Positions 41,739-52,226 of a DNA stretch of 64,000 nucleotides are shown here, one piece after another. The stretch covers positions 55,023-119,022 of the forward strand of contig JBEKDT010000016.1 of assembly GCA_050014195.1 (NCBI GenBank). Reading direction: 5' to 3'. Each line of letters starts with the position of its first letter. The first letter of the stretch is position 1. A program made the position numbers and the translations under genes. Origin of the DNA: Desulfomonilia bacterium (GTDB taxonomy: Bacteria; Desulfobacterota; Desulfomonilia; UBA1062). The notes below the pieces were generated by a model. It had not been told where the DNA came from. It searched no databases and was given only the letters and a program-made list of their open reading frames with translations.

Positions 41739-41833
41739 GGGTGCGGCCCTATGGCCGCCAATTACCTTGCATATACGCTCATTGATGCCGTTATCGATCA
41801 GTACGATGTAGCCCTTAAAAGAAATGGGTGAAC
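41737..41833 (+). pseudogene. Short frameshifted CorA-like remnant
   Basis: Encodes MAANYLAYTLIDAVIDQY, with RVR upstream and EMGE downstream in other frames; resembles the recalled CorA motif GADYLxYxLxDxxVDxY. Confidence 0.45.
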
Positions 41834-42147
41834 ACAGGGAATCCCCAAAGGAGCGGCTGCGGCTTGCTGCGGCAGCATGATATTCCGTTCACATATCCAT
41901 TTATTCCGTTACAACCATCATCAAGGGGTTTAAAAAGTCATTTTTTATCAAAATGGCTTGAAACCATAACAAATGAGAAGAAACCTTATGAAATAAGACC
42001 GTGACAACCAAAGTTTGGTAGATCCATACAATATCCTTCTTCGACAGTCAGAATTTATCCTTGTTTTTTTACACCGAAAGAGTATGAAGTCAGCCAAATC
42101 CAAACAGTCTTGACATTCTTGGATTATTGATTAAATAAGGAGCGGTC

Positions 42148-42687
42148 ATGAAGAAAAGAATCTTTATATGTTCTGTGATGATGTGTTTCTTAGTTGCATT
42201 AATGGCAACAGGCTGTGCAAAGAAGGCAGCCAAACAGGCAGAGGAAGTTACTCCGCCGCAGAAGGCTGCTTCCGCCGGAACAGGACAGGAGATGAAGCCC
42301 TCAGAAGCTGCTCCTTCTGAAGCGGGAGCTCAAAGCGCTGCAGCTTCATCCGCAGGCTTTGATAAGAAGGTATACTTCGATTTTGACCAGTTTGATCTCA
42401 AGCCGGAGGCTATTGAAACCCTCAATGAGCTTGCATCTTTTCTCAAGGGTAATACAGGGGTTAGGGTGAAGATCGAAGGCAATTGTGATGAGCGGGGTAC
42501 TACAGAATATAACCTCGCTCTTGGAGAACGCAGAGCAAAGGCGGCACTCGACTATATCGTGTCGCAGGGTATCAATTCGGCACGCGTCTCAACTATCAGC
42601 TACGGCAAAGAGAAACCTGCTGATCCCAATAACAACGAGGAAGCCTGGGCAAAGAACCGCAGGGACGAATTCATACTCAGCAAGTAA
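42148..42687 (+). CDS. pal: Peptidoglycan-associated lipoprotein
   Basis: Lipobox ATGC, VYFDFD, EGNCDERGT.EYNLALGERRA, SYGKEKP, NRR. Confidence 0.95.
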   Translation: MKKRIFICSVMMCFLVALMATGCAKKAAKQAEEVTPPQKAASAGTGQEMKPSEAAPSEAGAQSAAASSAGFDKKVYFDFDQFDLKPEAIETLNELASFLKGNTGVRVKIEGNCDERGTTEYNLALGERRAKAALDYIVSQGINSARVSTISYGKEKPADPNNNEEAWAKNRRDEFILSK

Positions 42688-43150
42688 ATGCATCCTGAAA
42701 AATATGTCTTGGACTGAGGTATCATCAGGAAGTGCATACGTCGTCAGCCACGAGAAAAGTGTGCGATGAAGGCTAAAAAGGGGTAGACAAAACATCCATT
42801 CTAGTTTATGCAGGAAAACAACACCATGGAATGTACTATACAATGGATGAGGAAGTGCTTCACAGGAAGAATTGCATCAACGATACATGCATTGGGAGCA
42901 GGTGCAGGAGCATCTGTGCTGGTGCATGCACCATATACAAATCCCCTTATGCTCGTTGCTGTTGACATGGCACAGAAAAACTCGGTAATAGCGGAATACA
43001 GCAAGCACACCTGCACTGAAGACAATTTGCAGTGTGTGACAGACACATGGGTCACTCGGATATTCATGTCGGCAACAAGGTGATTCATGTTGCATGAGGT
43101 AACACCACCTGCTGAATAAAATCGGCAGAAAATAAAAAGGATAGGAGATT

Positions 43151-43369
43151 ATGACGATGAAGAAGGGTTCTTTATGGGTTTTGTTTGTGGTTGTAGTGTT
43201 TGGGCTTCTGTTTAGCTTTTCAGCTTGCCAGAAGAAGGAAGCAACGACCGAACAGCCGGCAGTAACAGAGTCAGCTACACCTCCTGCCGCTCCTGAGGCT
43301 GCACCTCCTGCCGCAGCTACCACCGGCGGCGCAGCAGCTCCGGCTGCAGCTCCGGCTGGCACAAAGTAA
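43151..43369 (+). CDS. Small Ala/Pro-rich lipoprotein
   Basis: RBS AGGAG, lipobox FSAC, disordered tail, hairpin downstream. Confidence 0.75.
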   Translation: MTMKKGSLWVLFVVVVFGLLFSFSACQKKEATTEQPAVTESATPPAAPEAAPPAAATTGGAAAPAAAPAGTK

Positions 43370-43401
43370 GACAGCTCTTAACATTTTTAGCAAGGCACCA
43401 A

Positions 43402-43433
43402 GACCATCCTCGGCATCTCCGCCGGGGGTGGTC
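43402..43433 (+). terminator. Probable terminator hairpin
   Basis: GACCATCCTCGGC/GCCGGGGGTGGTC stem followed by a T-rich tract. Confidence 0.55.
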
Positions 43434-43637
43434 GGTATGGTTTCTTTTATGAGCTTTTTAAAAACTGAATAATCAGATTTTGCTTACAAGATAGCCTTGT
43501 CCTATTTGCAGGCTCGGCTTCCAAACCCACTGTCAGTATCCCCTACGTCCAACAGCATTATTAAAAGGAGCGTCTTTAAGCGCGACAACGGGCGTTAAAA
43601 CCATCACGGCTATAAGCCGCTCCACAAGCTCTCCAGC

Positions 43638-45245
43638 CTAAACCAATATCCCGCCCAGTTCCTCTTCAACATACCTGAGCCTGTCGATCTCCTCATCAGT
43701 GATACGGACACGGTTTTCATCCTTCTCGATGCGCTTTTTCAGGATTGAGAGCTGGCGCTCCACATCGGCAAAGACCGCAAGCATGTCGGTCTTTTGGTCC
43801 ACCGGCGCCTCTTCGGGTACGGGTGCCTGGGCAAGGAACTCTTTGGCCTTGAGGATAAGGCGCTCTCTCCATCGCGGCACATATGCCGTCAACCCGATCT
43901 TTTCAGTGATGAGACGCGCGAACTCCTCAGATACCAATGACTCGCCGTGCACAACAAAGACCTTGGGTTTGGATTCGCTGAAGTGCCCCACCCACGCCAA
44001 CAGGTCATTCTGGTCGGCATGGGCAGAAAACCCGCCGATGGTAAACACCCTTGCCTTGACTGCCACATCATCGCCGAAGATCTTTACGGTCTCATATCCA
44101 TCAACGATCTTCCTTCCTGTAGAGCCGTTGGCCTGGAAGCCCACGATCACGATGCTCGCGCCTTCGCGCCACAGGTTGTGCTTGAGGTGGTGCTTGATGC
44201 GGCCGGCCGTGCACATGCCGTTTCCCGCTATTACGATGGCCGGGCCCTTGTGATCATTAATGGCAATGGAATCGGCCGTAGTCTCGCTGTAATGGAGATT
44301 CGGCAGGCTGAAGGGGTCGATGCCGTTTTTCACTATGGCCGCGGCCTCATCGTCGTAGTACTTCCTGTTCTTCTTGAAAATCTCAGTGGCCTTGATGGCA
44401 AGCGGGCTGTCGAGATAGACCGGTATATCCGGGAGCTTGCCCTGCCGTTGGAATTCGCTCAAGAGATAGAGAATCTCCTGCGTCCGCTCCACGGCAAATG
44501 CAGGTATGATCACCTTTTCGCCGTTTTTATATGCATAGCCGATAGCCTCCAGAAGCTCGGCCTCGCTCTCTTCCATGGGTTTATGTACACGGTTGCCGTA
44601 GGTGGATTCCACGAACAGATAATCCGCATTGAAGATCTCGGCCGGGTCTTTCAGGATGAGCTGGTTCGCCTTGCCGATGTCGCCTGAAAAGACGATCTTA
44701 ATCTCATGGCTGTTCTCAGTAACCCACATCTCCAGGATGGATGAACCCAGGATGTGGCCCGCATTCTTAAATCGTACCCGGATACCGTCCTCCACATGTA
44801 TGATTTCATCGCCCTCCACGGGTACGATGTACTGGAGGCTGTTCTGGGCGTCTTCTGTGGTGTAGAGCGGTCTGATATCGTCACGGCCCTTGCGCTTGCT
44901 TTTCCTCGACTGCCACTGCGCATCCATTTCCTGCACGTGGGCCGAGTCCAGGAGCATGATTTCACAGAGCTGGGCCGTGGGAGAAGTGGTGATGATCCTG
45001 CCCTTGAACCCGTCCCTGACGAGCTTCGGCAACCGGCCGCTGTGGTCGATATGGGCATGCGTGAGAAAGACCGCCTTGATCTGTGATGGGTCAAAGTCCC
45101 ATTCGCGCCAATTGCGCAGCTCCATCTTCTTGCCGCCCTGGAACATGCCGCAATCAACAAGAAACCTCTTGCCCGCGGTAGTCTCCACGAGGAAATTCGA
45201 ACCCGTTACCGTCCCGGCAGAACCAAGGCAGGTCACCTTCACCAT
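43638..45245 (-). CDS. MBL-fold beta-CASP ribonuclease
   Basis: THAHIDH, AGHILGS, ESTYG, FSAHAD. Confidence 0.92.
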   Translation of the reverse strand: MVKVTCLGSAGTVTGSNFLVETTAGKRFLVDCGMFQGGKKMELRNWREWDFDPSQIKAVFLTHAHIDHSGRLPKLVRDGFKGRIITTSPTAQLCEIMLLDSAHVQEMDAQWQSRKSKRKGRDDIRPLYTTEDAQNSLQYIVPVEGDEIIHVEDGIRVRFKNAGHILGSSILEMWVTENSHEIKIVFSGDIGKANQLILKDPAEIFNADYLFVESTYGNRVHKPMEESEAELLEAIGYAYKNGEKVIIPAFAVERTQEILYLLSEFQRQGKLPDIPVYLDSPLAIKATEIFKKNRKYYDDEAAAIVKNGIDPFSLPNLHYSETTADSIAINDHKGPAIVIAGNGMCTAGRIKHHLKHNLWREGASIVIVGFQANGSTGRKIVDGYETVKIFGDDVAVKARVFTIGGFSAHADQNDLLAWVGHFSESKPKVFVVHGESLVSEEFARLITEKIGLTAYVPRWRERLILKAKEFLAQAPVPEEAPVDQKTDMLAVFADVERQLSILKKRIEKDENRVRITDEEIDRLRYVEEELGGILV

Positions 45246-45414
45246 AATATGCTCCTTTCAAGCTGAGCTCATGATGCCCCTTAATAAGATCGGAACAATC
45301 TCCAAGTGTTTTAACAAAAATACCACAAGCAGATAGATTCATGAAGGGAAACCGATAAAAGATGAGGAGAAGCTTGACAGGGCTCATGCGATGCGTTTAC
45401 ATCCACTCTTGCCT

Positions 45415-45499
45415 GCCCGAGTGGCGGAATTGGCAGACGCAAGGGACTTAAAATCCCTCGGAACTTGGTTCTGTACCGGTTCGAGTCCGGTCTCGGGCA
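45415..45499 (+). tRNA. tRNA-Leu(TAA)
   Basis: Acceptor stem GCCCGAG/CTCGGGC, anticodon arm AGGGA-CTTAAAA-TCCCT, long variable arm, GGTTCGAGTCC; CCA not encoded. Confidence 0.95.
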
Positions 45500-45577
45500 C
45501 TTGGTTTTTTGATCAATCAAACTTCGCTTTCCTGCAGCCAAGAACCAGCATAAAAAGATCAACCCAAGGAGGAAACC

Positions 45578-45817
45578 ATGCCCCACATTATTGTCAAACT
45601 TTACTCCGGCAGGTCGGAGCAGGTTAAAAAGCAGCTTGCAGATCAGATTGTAAAGGATGTGGTCACCATAGCACAGTGTGAAGAAAAGGCCGTATCCGTG
45701 GCCATCGAAGATGTTGAGCCTGCAGAGTGGGCCGAGAAGGTCTATCGGCCGGACATCCTTGATAAAAAGGACACCCTGTACAGAGAGCCGGGATATAACC
45801 CTTTTGAAAAGAAATAG
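45578..45817 (+). CDS. 4-oxalocrotonate tautomerase family protein
   Basis: N-terminal Pro (MPH), GRSEQVK, VSVAIEDV..W. Confidence 0.88.
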   Translation: MPHIIVKLYSGRSEQVKKQLADQIVKDVVTIAQCEEKAVSVAIEDVEPAEWAEKVYRPDILDKKDTLYREPGYNPFEKK

Positions 45818-45819
45818 AA

Positions 45820-46608
45820 CTACCGTATCAGGGCAACCGCGATAACGAGGCCGCCTAAGAATAGCCTGTACCAGACAAAGGGAAGAAAATCCTTTGTCAG
45901 GACATACCGGAGTAAAAATCCTATACTTGCGATACCGATAATACCAGCGACCAGCATCCCCATGATGAAATCCATGGTAATCATCGCCGGGTGTGAAATG
46001 ATATACGGAAGTTTTACCATGGCCGCACCAAAGATGATGGGTGTGGACAGCAGGAATGAAAATCTGGCTGCGGCTTTTCTGGTCAGGCCTGTCATCAACC
46101 CCGCAGTCATGGTGATACCCGATCGGGATACCCCCGGGATAAGGGCCAGTGCCTGGGATATGCCGATTATTATGCTCGCCCCCAAAGAGATGTTGCTCTC
46201 CTCGATGTTCTTGGCACCTTTCCGGTCCGCCCAGTACAGAAGAATACCCATTCCGATCAGCATGCCCGCAATCAGCAGTGGAGCCCTGAATACGGTTTCA
46301 GCCTTTTTCTCCAACAGAAGGCCTGCAACCGCACCCGGTATGCTGGCCAGGACCAGGTACCAGAACAAGCGGCCTTCTCTACTCCCGGCATCGCCGAATC
46401 CACTCGCTATGAGCCGAATCCAGTCTTTCCAAAAGTAGATAACCACAGCCACAAGCGTGCCGATGTGCAGGGCAATGTCAAAGGTAAGCCCCGGGTCCGA
46501 CCATCCGAAAAGCCAGGGAACCAATACCAGATGAGCGGAACTCGATATCGGCAGGAACTCCCCCAGCCCTTGTACCAATCCCAATACTATCGCCTGTAAT
46601 AGAGTCAA
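45820..46608 (-). CDS. uppP: Undecaprenyl-diphosphate phosphatase
   Basis: QGLGEFLPISSSAH, PGVSRSG, FSFLL. Confidence 0.95.
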   Translation of the reverse strand: MTLLQAIVLGLVQGLGEFLPISSSAHLVLVPWLFGWSDPGLTFDIALHIGTLVAVVIYFWKDWIRLIASGFGDAGSREGRLFWYLVLASIPGAVAGLLLEKKAETVFRAPLLIAGMLIGMGILLYWADRKGAKNIEESNISLGASIIIGISQALALIPGVSRSGITMTAGLMTGLTRKAAARFSFLLSTPIIFGAAMVKLPYIISHPAMITMDFIMGMLVAGIIGIASIGFLLRYVLTKDFLPFVWYRLFLGGLVIAVALIR

Positions 46609-46891
46609 ATCCTACCTCGCCCTTCCGATCATTTTGACCCGATCGTATTTTCATATACCTAACCGGCATGATACCATGTCCCTCATATCCGCATGCGCCT
46701 CAGAGCTCATATATAATTGGGTGTAGCACAATATTCAATTATCTATAATAATAGAATCAGCAAGATCGAATACCACTTACCGACACTATCCGGACGAACT
46801 GCATGATGCCCTGGCAGAGGAAAGATGGGCCTAGGAGTTGTATGATGATTATGCCCGGAAGGCTTATGAATACGATGATGAGAGGGGTTGC

Positions 46892-47386
46892 ATGAAGGAT
46901 CCGAATATCCATATGAGAAAAGCAGGCCTGAAAGATACAAGCCTGTTGTGCCTTCTTATCCATGATTCTCATCAAGACGTAGCCGAGCGTTTCGGCCTTA
47001 CTCTTAAAAATTGTCCCAGGCATCCGTCAAATTGCACAAGGGAGTGGATCGAAAAGGATCTTTTAAGGGGTGTTGTCTACTACATCGTGGAGCACGATGA
47101 TAAGCCTGTCGGATGTGTAGCCATAGAGCAGGCCTCCCCTGATGTCTGCTATCTTGAGCGCCTGTCCGTGCTGCCCGAGCATAGGGAAAAAGGCTTCGGC
47201 AGTGCCCTGGTCAATAATGGTATCATCAAAGCCAAGACCCTCGGTGCCGGCCAGGTAGACATCGGCATCATCGCACAACACACAGAGTTGAAGCGCTGGT
47301 ATTCAAAGATCGGTTTTATCGAGGGCGAGACAAAGGAATTTCCTCACCTGCCCTTCCGTGTCACCTTCATGAGCTATAAGCTTTAA
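46892..47386 (+). CDS. GNAT family acetyltransferase
   Basis: LSVLPEHREKGFGSAL, WYSKIGF. Confidence 0.85.
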   Translation: MKDPNIHMRKAGLKDTSLLCLLIHDSHQDVAERFGLTLKNCPRHPSNCTREWIEKDLLRGVVYYIVEHDDKPVGCVAIEQASPDVCYLERLSVLPEHREKGFGSALVNNGIIKAKTLGAGQVDIGIIAQHTELKRWYSKIGFIEGETKEFPHLPFRVTFMSYKL

Positions 47387-47560
47387 AGTCTTATACCTTG
47401 AACCTTATAGTCTGCTCATTACTTTAGATTACCATGAAGAAGAGGATCAGATTCATCTCTACGGGTATGAGCAAGCAAATCCAAAAGCTACCCCCCGCAA
47501 CCAGGGATTGACACCCCGGCCAAAGCGGATTATCAGGGGGAAAAACCAGGGAGGATAGCC

Positions 47561-48004
47561 ATGATATCCACGATGAGAAACCGCGTCCTTGCAACATTCA
47601 TAACCGCTTATATGGTGCTTTTTGTTACTTCACCGGCCTTTGCAGCGCTGATCCCCTCCATTGGGTCTTCTCCCCATACAACCGGCGAAACCCTCCAGAA
47701 AGATATCAACACCATTCAACAGGCCCTGGAGACCAAGATGGTACAGGAGAAGCTAAGGGCCTACGGCCTCACCTCCGAAGAGGTCGCAGCCAAGCTCCCT
47801 TCCATGAGCCCGGACCAGATACACACGCTGGCCGCGGCATCCAATGATGTTCTGGCAGGAGGCGACGGTCTGGGCTTCATCATCGCAGTGCTCGTAATCA
47901 TCATACTCATCATCATAATCCTTAAGCTTCTGCACCATGAAATTATCATCAGGATGAGCAGCCTTGGCGACTATCATTCTCCTGACCTTGCTTATCTCGG
48001 GTGA
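47561..48004 (+). CDS. PA2779-like exported protein
   Basis: Signal peptide, L.AYGL..EEV..KL..MS..QIH.LA, AGG followed by a hydrophobic helix. Confidence 0.75.
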   Translation: MISTMRNRVLATFITAYMVLFVTSPAFAALIPSIGSSPHTTGETLQKDINTIQQALETKMVQEKLRAYGLTSEEVAAKLPSMSPDQIHTLAAASNDVLAGGDGLGFIIAVLVIIILIIIILKLLHHEIIIRMSSLGDYHSPDLAYLG

Positions 48005-48452
48005 TCCGGGATCATTCGCGATTGAAGGCGTCCCGTTCGTGAAGCAGGAGTCGCACTTCTGCGGCCCGGCGTCACTTGCCTCGGTATTTGCTTATTACGG
48101 ACTCGCCATGGACCAGGGCACCATCGCAAAAACCGTTTATATTGAAAAGCTCAAAGGCGCGCTCATCACCGACCTGGAGAATTACGCTAGGTCCCAGGGA
48201 TTCCAGTCCCGGCTCGGCCAAGGGACCATGGAGGATATCAAGGCCTCCCTTACAGAGAAAAGGCCGGTAATTGTGCTGGTGAACCTTGGCTTCTGGTTAT
48301 TCTCCCGGCCGCACTACCTTGTGGTTATTGGGTTCGATGACAAGGGTTTCATTGCCCATACGGGCTATGAGGCCTTCAAGCACTTCGGCTATGATGAATT
48401 CGAAAAGATATGGAAGAAAGAAGGCTCTGTATACTTACTCATCTGGCGCTGA
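47964..48452 (+). CDS. C39-like cysteine peptidase (PA2778-like)
   Basis: VPFVKQ..FCGPASLA, PHYLVVIG. Confidence 0.8.
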   Translation: MATIILLTLLISGDPGSFAIEGVPFVKQESHFCGPASLASVFAYYGLAMDQGTIAKTVYIEKLKGALITDLENYARSQGFQSRLGQGTMEDIKASLTEKRPVIVLVNLGFWLFSRPHYLVVIGFDDKGFIAHTGYEAFKHFGYDEFEKIWKKEGSVYLLIWR

Positions 48453-48874
48453 TGCTCTCTATCCTTGTGTTTGCACTGAGCGCCTGCTCCATGCCCAGAA
48501 TCGTGGTCTTGCATGACCCGCTAAGTGCAAAAGAGCACATCGACCTCGGAGTGATCTACGAGCAGAAGGGGATGCTCGATCTTGCTGAGAAAGAGTACCT
48601 GAAGGCCGTTGATAAACAGAGTAACTGGGCAATTCCTTATTTCAACCTCGGCAACCTAGCCTACAAACGTCAGAACCTCAAGGCTGCTGAAGGGTACTAC
48701 CGCAAGGCCCTTACGCTGGATAATCAGAACCCTGACATCATGAACAACCTCGCAAGCCTCCTGCACGAGACAGGCCGGGATGATGAGGCCAAAACCCTCA
48801 TTGAAAAGGCCCTTTCTCTTCAACGAAAGGATGAATACCTCGACACACAGCGCACCATCAAGGGTGGCAAATGA
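48410..48874 (+). CDS. TPR lipoprotein
   Basis: Lipobox LSAC; TPR motifs LG..Y, FNLGN, NNLA. Confidence 0.85.
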   Translation: MEERRLCILTHLALMLSILVFALSACSMPRIVVLHDPLSAKEHIDLGVIYEQKGMLDLAEKEYLKAVDKQSNWAIPYFNLGNLAYKRQNLKAAEGYYRKALTLDNQNPDIMNNLASLLHETGRDDEAKTLIEKALSLQRKDEYLDTQRTIKGGK

Positions 48875-48911
48875 TCTCCTGGGGAATAAGAGAGAAGGTA
48901 AAAGGGCTGTT

Positions 48912-49694
48912 ATGATCGGCGCCATTGCAGGAGACATCATCGGGTCGGTCTATGAGAGGCATAGGATCAAGACCAAGGATTTTCCGCTCTTCAGTCAAGG
49001 GTGCAGGTTCACCGACGACAGCGTGCTCACTGTTGCACTCGCGGATGCTATTCTGAGCGGACAGAATTATGATAAACTCATGCGGGAGTACTATTGCCGC
49101 TACCCCCGGGCAGGCTATGGAGGCATGTTCCGCCAATGGGCACAAAATGATGACCACAAGCCGTACAACAGCTTCGGCAACGGTTCAGCCATGAGGATCA
49201 GCCCTGTGGGCTTCGCCTTTGATAACCTGGAAGCAGTCCTGGAGAAGGCAAAGCTCTACACCGAGATCACCCACAACCACCCTGAAGGCATCAAAGGTGC
49301 CCAGGCCGCGGCATCTGCCATCTTCCTGGCAAGGAATGGCCGCTCAAAGAAAGAGATCAGAGAATACATCGAATCAAACTTCGCCTATGATCTGTCACGC
49401 AGACTCGACGATATCCGGCCGCACTACCGCTTCGATGTCACCTGCCAGGGTAGCGTGCCCGAGGCCATCATCGCCTTTCTCGAATCCGAGGACTACGAAG
49501 ACGCCGTGCGCAATGCCGTATCTCTAGGCGGAGACAGCGACACCCAGGCATGCATCACGGGCGGTATCGCAGAGGCCTTTTACGGCGGTGTCCCCGAACA
49601 TATTGAAAGGAGAGTCCTTAAGATCCTTGATGATCCCTTACGATCGGTTACCTTGCAGTTCATGCAGCTATATGTCCGTAAAAGAATATCATGA
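48912..49694 (+). CDS. ADP-ribosylglycohydrolase family protein
   Basis: GAIAGD, FTDDS, GNGSAMR, GGDSDT. Confidence 0.92.
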   Translation: MIGAIAGDIIGSVYERHRIKTKDFPLFSQGCRFTDDSVLTVALADAILSGQNYDKLMREYYCRYPRAGYGGMFRQWAQNDDHKPYNSFGNGSAMRISPVGFAFDNLEAVLEKAKLYTEITHNHPEGIKGAQAAASAIFLARNGRSKKEIREYIESNFAYDLSRRLDDIRPHYRFDVTCQGSVPEAIIAFLESEDYEDAVRNAVSLGGDSDTQACITGGIAEAFYGGVPEHIERRVLKILDDPLRSVTLQFMQLYVRKRIS

Positions 49695-49773
49695 ATACCT
49701 TCATGACATTTTGGAAATATATCTATCAGGGGGCGTGTTCGATAAGCCGGACAAAAAATATCACAGCTAATGA

Positions 49774-49802
49774 TTGTCACCAAGACGAGTCATCCGTATA
49801 AT
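49774..49802 (+). promoter_or_regulatory. Sigma-70 promoter candidate for mscL
   Basis: TTGTCA-N17-TATAAT. Confidence 0.6.
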
Positions 49803-49850
49803 GAATGAAGGACCAAGCATTTGAATTCCTACTTATAAGGAGGACGGGTC

Positions 49851-50246
49851 ATGGGCATGCTTCAGGAGTTCAAAGAATTTGCAGTAAAAGGCAATGTGGT
49901 TGATATGGCAGTGGGCATCATCATCGGTGCGGCATTCGGCAAGATCGTCTCGTCATTGGTGGGGGATGTGATCATGCCGCCCATCGGATTTGTACTCGGC
50001 GGGGTCGATTTCAGCAACCTCTCCGTTGTCCTCAAGGAGGCTGTGGACAAAGCGCCGGCCGTCACCCTGAACTACGGCAAGTTCATCCAGACCATCATCG
50101 ACTTCATCATCATTGCATTTTCAATTTTTATCATGATCAAGGGGATAAACACCCTCAAACGCAAACAGGAGGAAGCCCCGGCAGAACCCCCCAAGCAGGA
50201 GGTGTTGCTCACCGAGATCCGGGATCTTCTGAAGAAAAACTCATGA
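49851..50246 (+). CDS. mscL: Large-conductance mechanosensitive channel
   Basis: [26 protein letters not shown]. Confidence 0.96.
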   Translation: MGMLQEFKEFAVKGNVVDMAVGIIIGAAFGKIVSSLVGDVIMPPIGFVLGGVDFSNLSVVLKEAVDKAPAVTLNYGKFIQTIIDFIIIAFSIFIMIKGINTLKRKQEEAPAEPPKQEVLLTEIRDLLKKNS

Positions 50247-50289
50247 AGCAAAAGTATTTCAAAACATCTTATGGTATCGGGAGGGATAC

Positions 50290-51147
50290 ATGGAAGGATT
50301 GTCGGTTGTCGTGGTGGTTTTTGTCGTTCTGGTATTCATTACCATCTTCCTGGGCGTGAGGATCGTCCCGCAGGGCAGCAAGCATGTAGTCCAGAGACTG
50401 GGCAAGTACCACAAGACGCTTGGCCCGGGTTTGAACTTCATTATCCCCTACATCGATACGGTTGCCTACAAGATTACCTCCAAGGACATCGTGCTGGACA
50501 TACCCTCCCAGGAGGTCATCACCAAGGACAATGCGGTGATCATCGTCAATGCGGTGTCCTATATCAACATCCTCTCCCCTGAGAAGGCCGTCTATGGCGT
50601 GGAAGATTACCGTATCGCCATACAGAACCTTGTCCAGACCTCGCTTCGCTCCATCATCGGCGAGATGAACCTCGACGACGCCCTGTCCTCCCGCGAGAAG
50701 ATCAAGGCACGGCTTAAGGAGAACATCTCGGATGACATCGCTGATTGGGGAATTATTCTCAAGACCGTGGAGATCCAGGATATCAACCCCTCACAGACCA
50801 TGCAGAAGGCCATGGAAGAGCAGGCTGCAGCCGAGCGTGCCCGCAGGGCGAACGTAACCAAGGCCGAGGGTGAGAAGTCGGCCGCCATACTCCAGGCCGA
50901 AGGCAGGCTTGAGGCAAGCAAACTGGATGCCAGGGCCAAGGTGGTGCTGGCCGAAGGCGACCAGATCACCATCACCAAGATCACGGATGCCGTACAGAAC
51001 AACCAGCTCCCGGTCATGTTCATCCTGGGCGGGCGATACATTGATGCCCTGAAGAACGTCGCGGCATCGACCAACTCCAAGATCGTGGTCCTGCCCGCCG
51101 ACCTCCCGGCCGCCATCAAGGGGATGCTGGGGAATACGGGCACATAG
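50290..51147 (+). CDS. SPFH/band 7 protein (QmcA-like)
   Basis: N-terminal TM, RLGKY, QEVITKDN, AERARRA. Confidence 0.92.
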   Translation: MEGLSVVVVVFVVLVFITIFLGVRIVPQGSKHVVQRLGKYHKTLGPGLNFIIPYIDTVAYKITSKDIVLDIPSQEVITKDNAVIIVNAVSYINILSPEKAVYGVEDYRIAIQNLVQTSLRSIIGEMNLDDALSSREKIKARLKENISDDIADWGIILKTVEIQDINPSQTMQKAMEEQAAAERARRANVTKAEGEKSAAILQAEGRLEASKLDARAKVVLAEGDQITITKITDAVQNNQLPVMFILGGRYIDALKNVAASTNSKIVVLPADLPAAIKGMLGNTGT

Positions 51148-51158
51148 AGAGATAGACC

Positions 51159-52226
51159 ATGTCAGATAATGCATACAAAAGCCTTTGTGCCTTTCTGGAC
51201 CAGTTTCCCCTGGGATTCCCCAAGACCGATTCAGGCCTGGAAATCACAATACTCAAACGGCTCTTTACCGAGGATGAGGCCCAAACAGTAACCCTGCTCA
51301 CCCCCTTCCCCGAGGAGGCTTCACAGACCGCCTCCCGCATGAACCTGGATGAGGCGGTCCTGAAAGACAAGCTGGAGTCCCTGGCTGATAAGGGCCTTAT
51401 CTTCCGCATCAGACGGGGTGACAAAACGCTCTACAATGCCGTGCCCTTCATGATAGGCCTGTATGAATATTCGGTTCAGGACATGAATGCAGAGCTTGCC
51501 GCGCTCTACAAGGACTACTACGAGCAGGCCTATCAAGCGGAGATGGCAGCAAGCGATGTGCCCGGATTCAAGGTCATCCCCATCGGCCATACCATTGAGA
51601 AGGAAATGGTCCTTATCCCGTCCTGCAGACTCGAAGAAGAGGTGAGAAAGGCCAGGGTCATCTCGGTGGCGCCGTGCATCTGCCGGAAAGAGGCGGGCCT
51701 GACCGGTAAAGGCTGCGACAAGCCCGAGGAGACCTGTCTCCATTTCGGGGCCGCTGCCGAGTACTACATTGAAAACCGCATCGGCAGGCAGATCAGCGCC
51801 GAAGAGGCCCTTGCAATCATCGAAAAGGCCGATCACGCGGGCCTCGTCCATGCAGGCGTGAACACACAGCACCTTTCCAACCTCTGCAACTGCTGCCCGT
51901 GCTGCTGCGCCTCCATGAAGGGGATCACCCAGAAGGGCATGGACAAGCACGGCTTTCTCAATGCCTTATTCATGGCTGCCGTCGATCCTGACCTGTGCAC
52001 CGGGTGCGGTATCTGTGTAGATCGATGCCCGGTTGAAGCCATGTCAATGGATGATTACGCCGTAACAGATATGCGCAAATGCCTGGGTTGCGGCCTGTGC
52101 TCAACAACCTGCCCTGTGGGGGCCATTACTATGCATCTGAGGCAGGACCGCGAAGAGCCCTTTGATACGGTCATCGACATGGGTCTTGCCATCTTGAAGG
52201 GAAAGGTGATGGCCAAAAACACATGA
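51159..52226 (+). CDS. 4Fe-4S dicluster protein with N-terminal winged-helix-like region
   Basis: CICR, CNCCPCCC, two CxxCxxCxxxCP motifs. Confidence 0.85.
   Translation: MSDNAYKSLCAFLDQFPLGFPKTDSGLEITILKRLFTEDEAQTVTLLTPFPEEASQTASRMNLDEAVLKDKLESLADKGLIFRIRRGDKTLYNAVPFMIGLYEYSVQDMNAELAALYKDYYEQAYQAEMAASDVPGFKVIPIGHTIEKEMVLIPSCRLEEEVRKARVISVAPCICRKEAGLTGKGCDKPEETCLHFGAAAEYYIENRIGRQISAEEALAIIEKADHAGLVHAGVNTQHLSNLCNCCPCCCASMKGITQKGMDKHGFLNALFMAAVDPDLCTGCGICVDRCPVEAMSMDDYAVTDMRKCLGCGLCSTTCPVGAITMHLRQDREEPFDTVIDMGLAILKGKVMAKNT

Noticed and set aside
42783-42810. GTAGAC half-match to the ECF motif (also TGTAGAA near 58014)
   Set aside because: No CGTC at 16-17 nt spacing.
42808-43083. 91-aa ORF between pal and the small lipoprotein
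   Set aside because: No clear RBS or recognisable motif; the scattered TGCA words show no regular spacing.
45415-45820. tRNA-Leu as an island integration site
   Set aside because: No integrase and no duplicated tRNA 3' end seen in the window.
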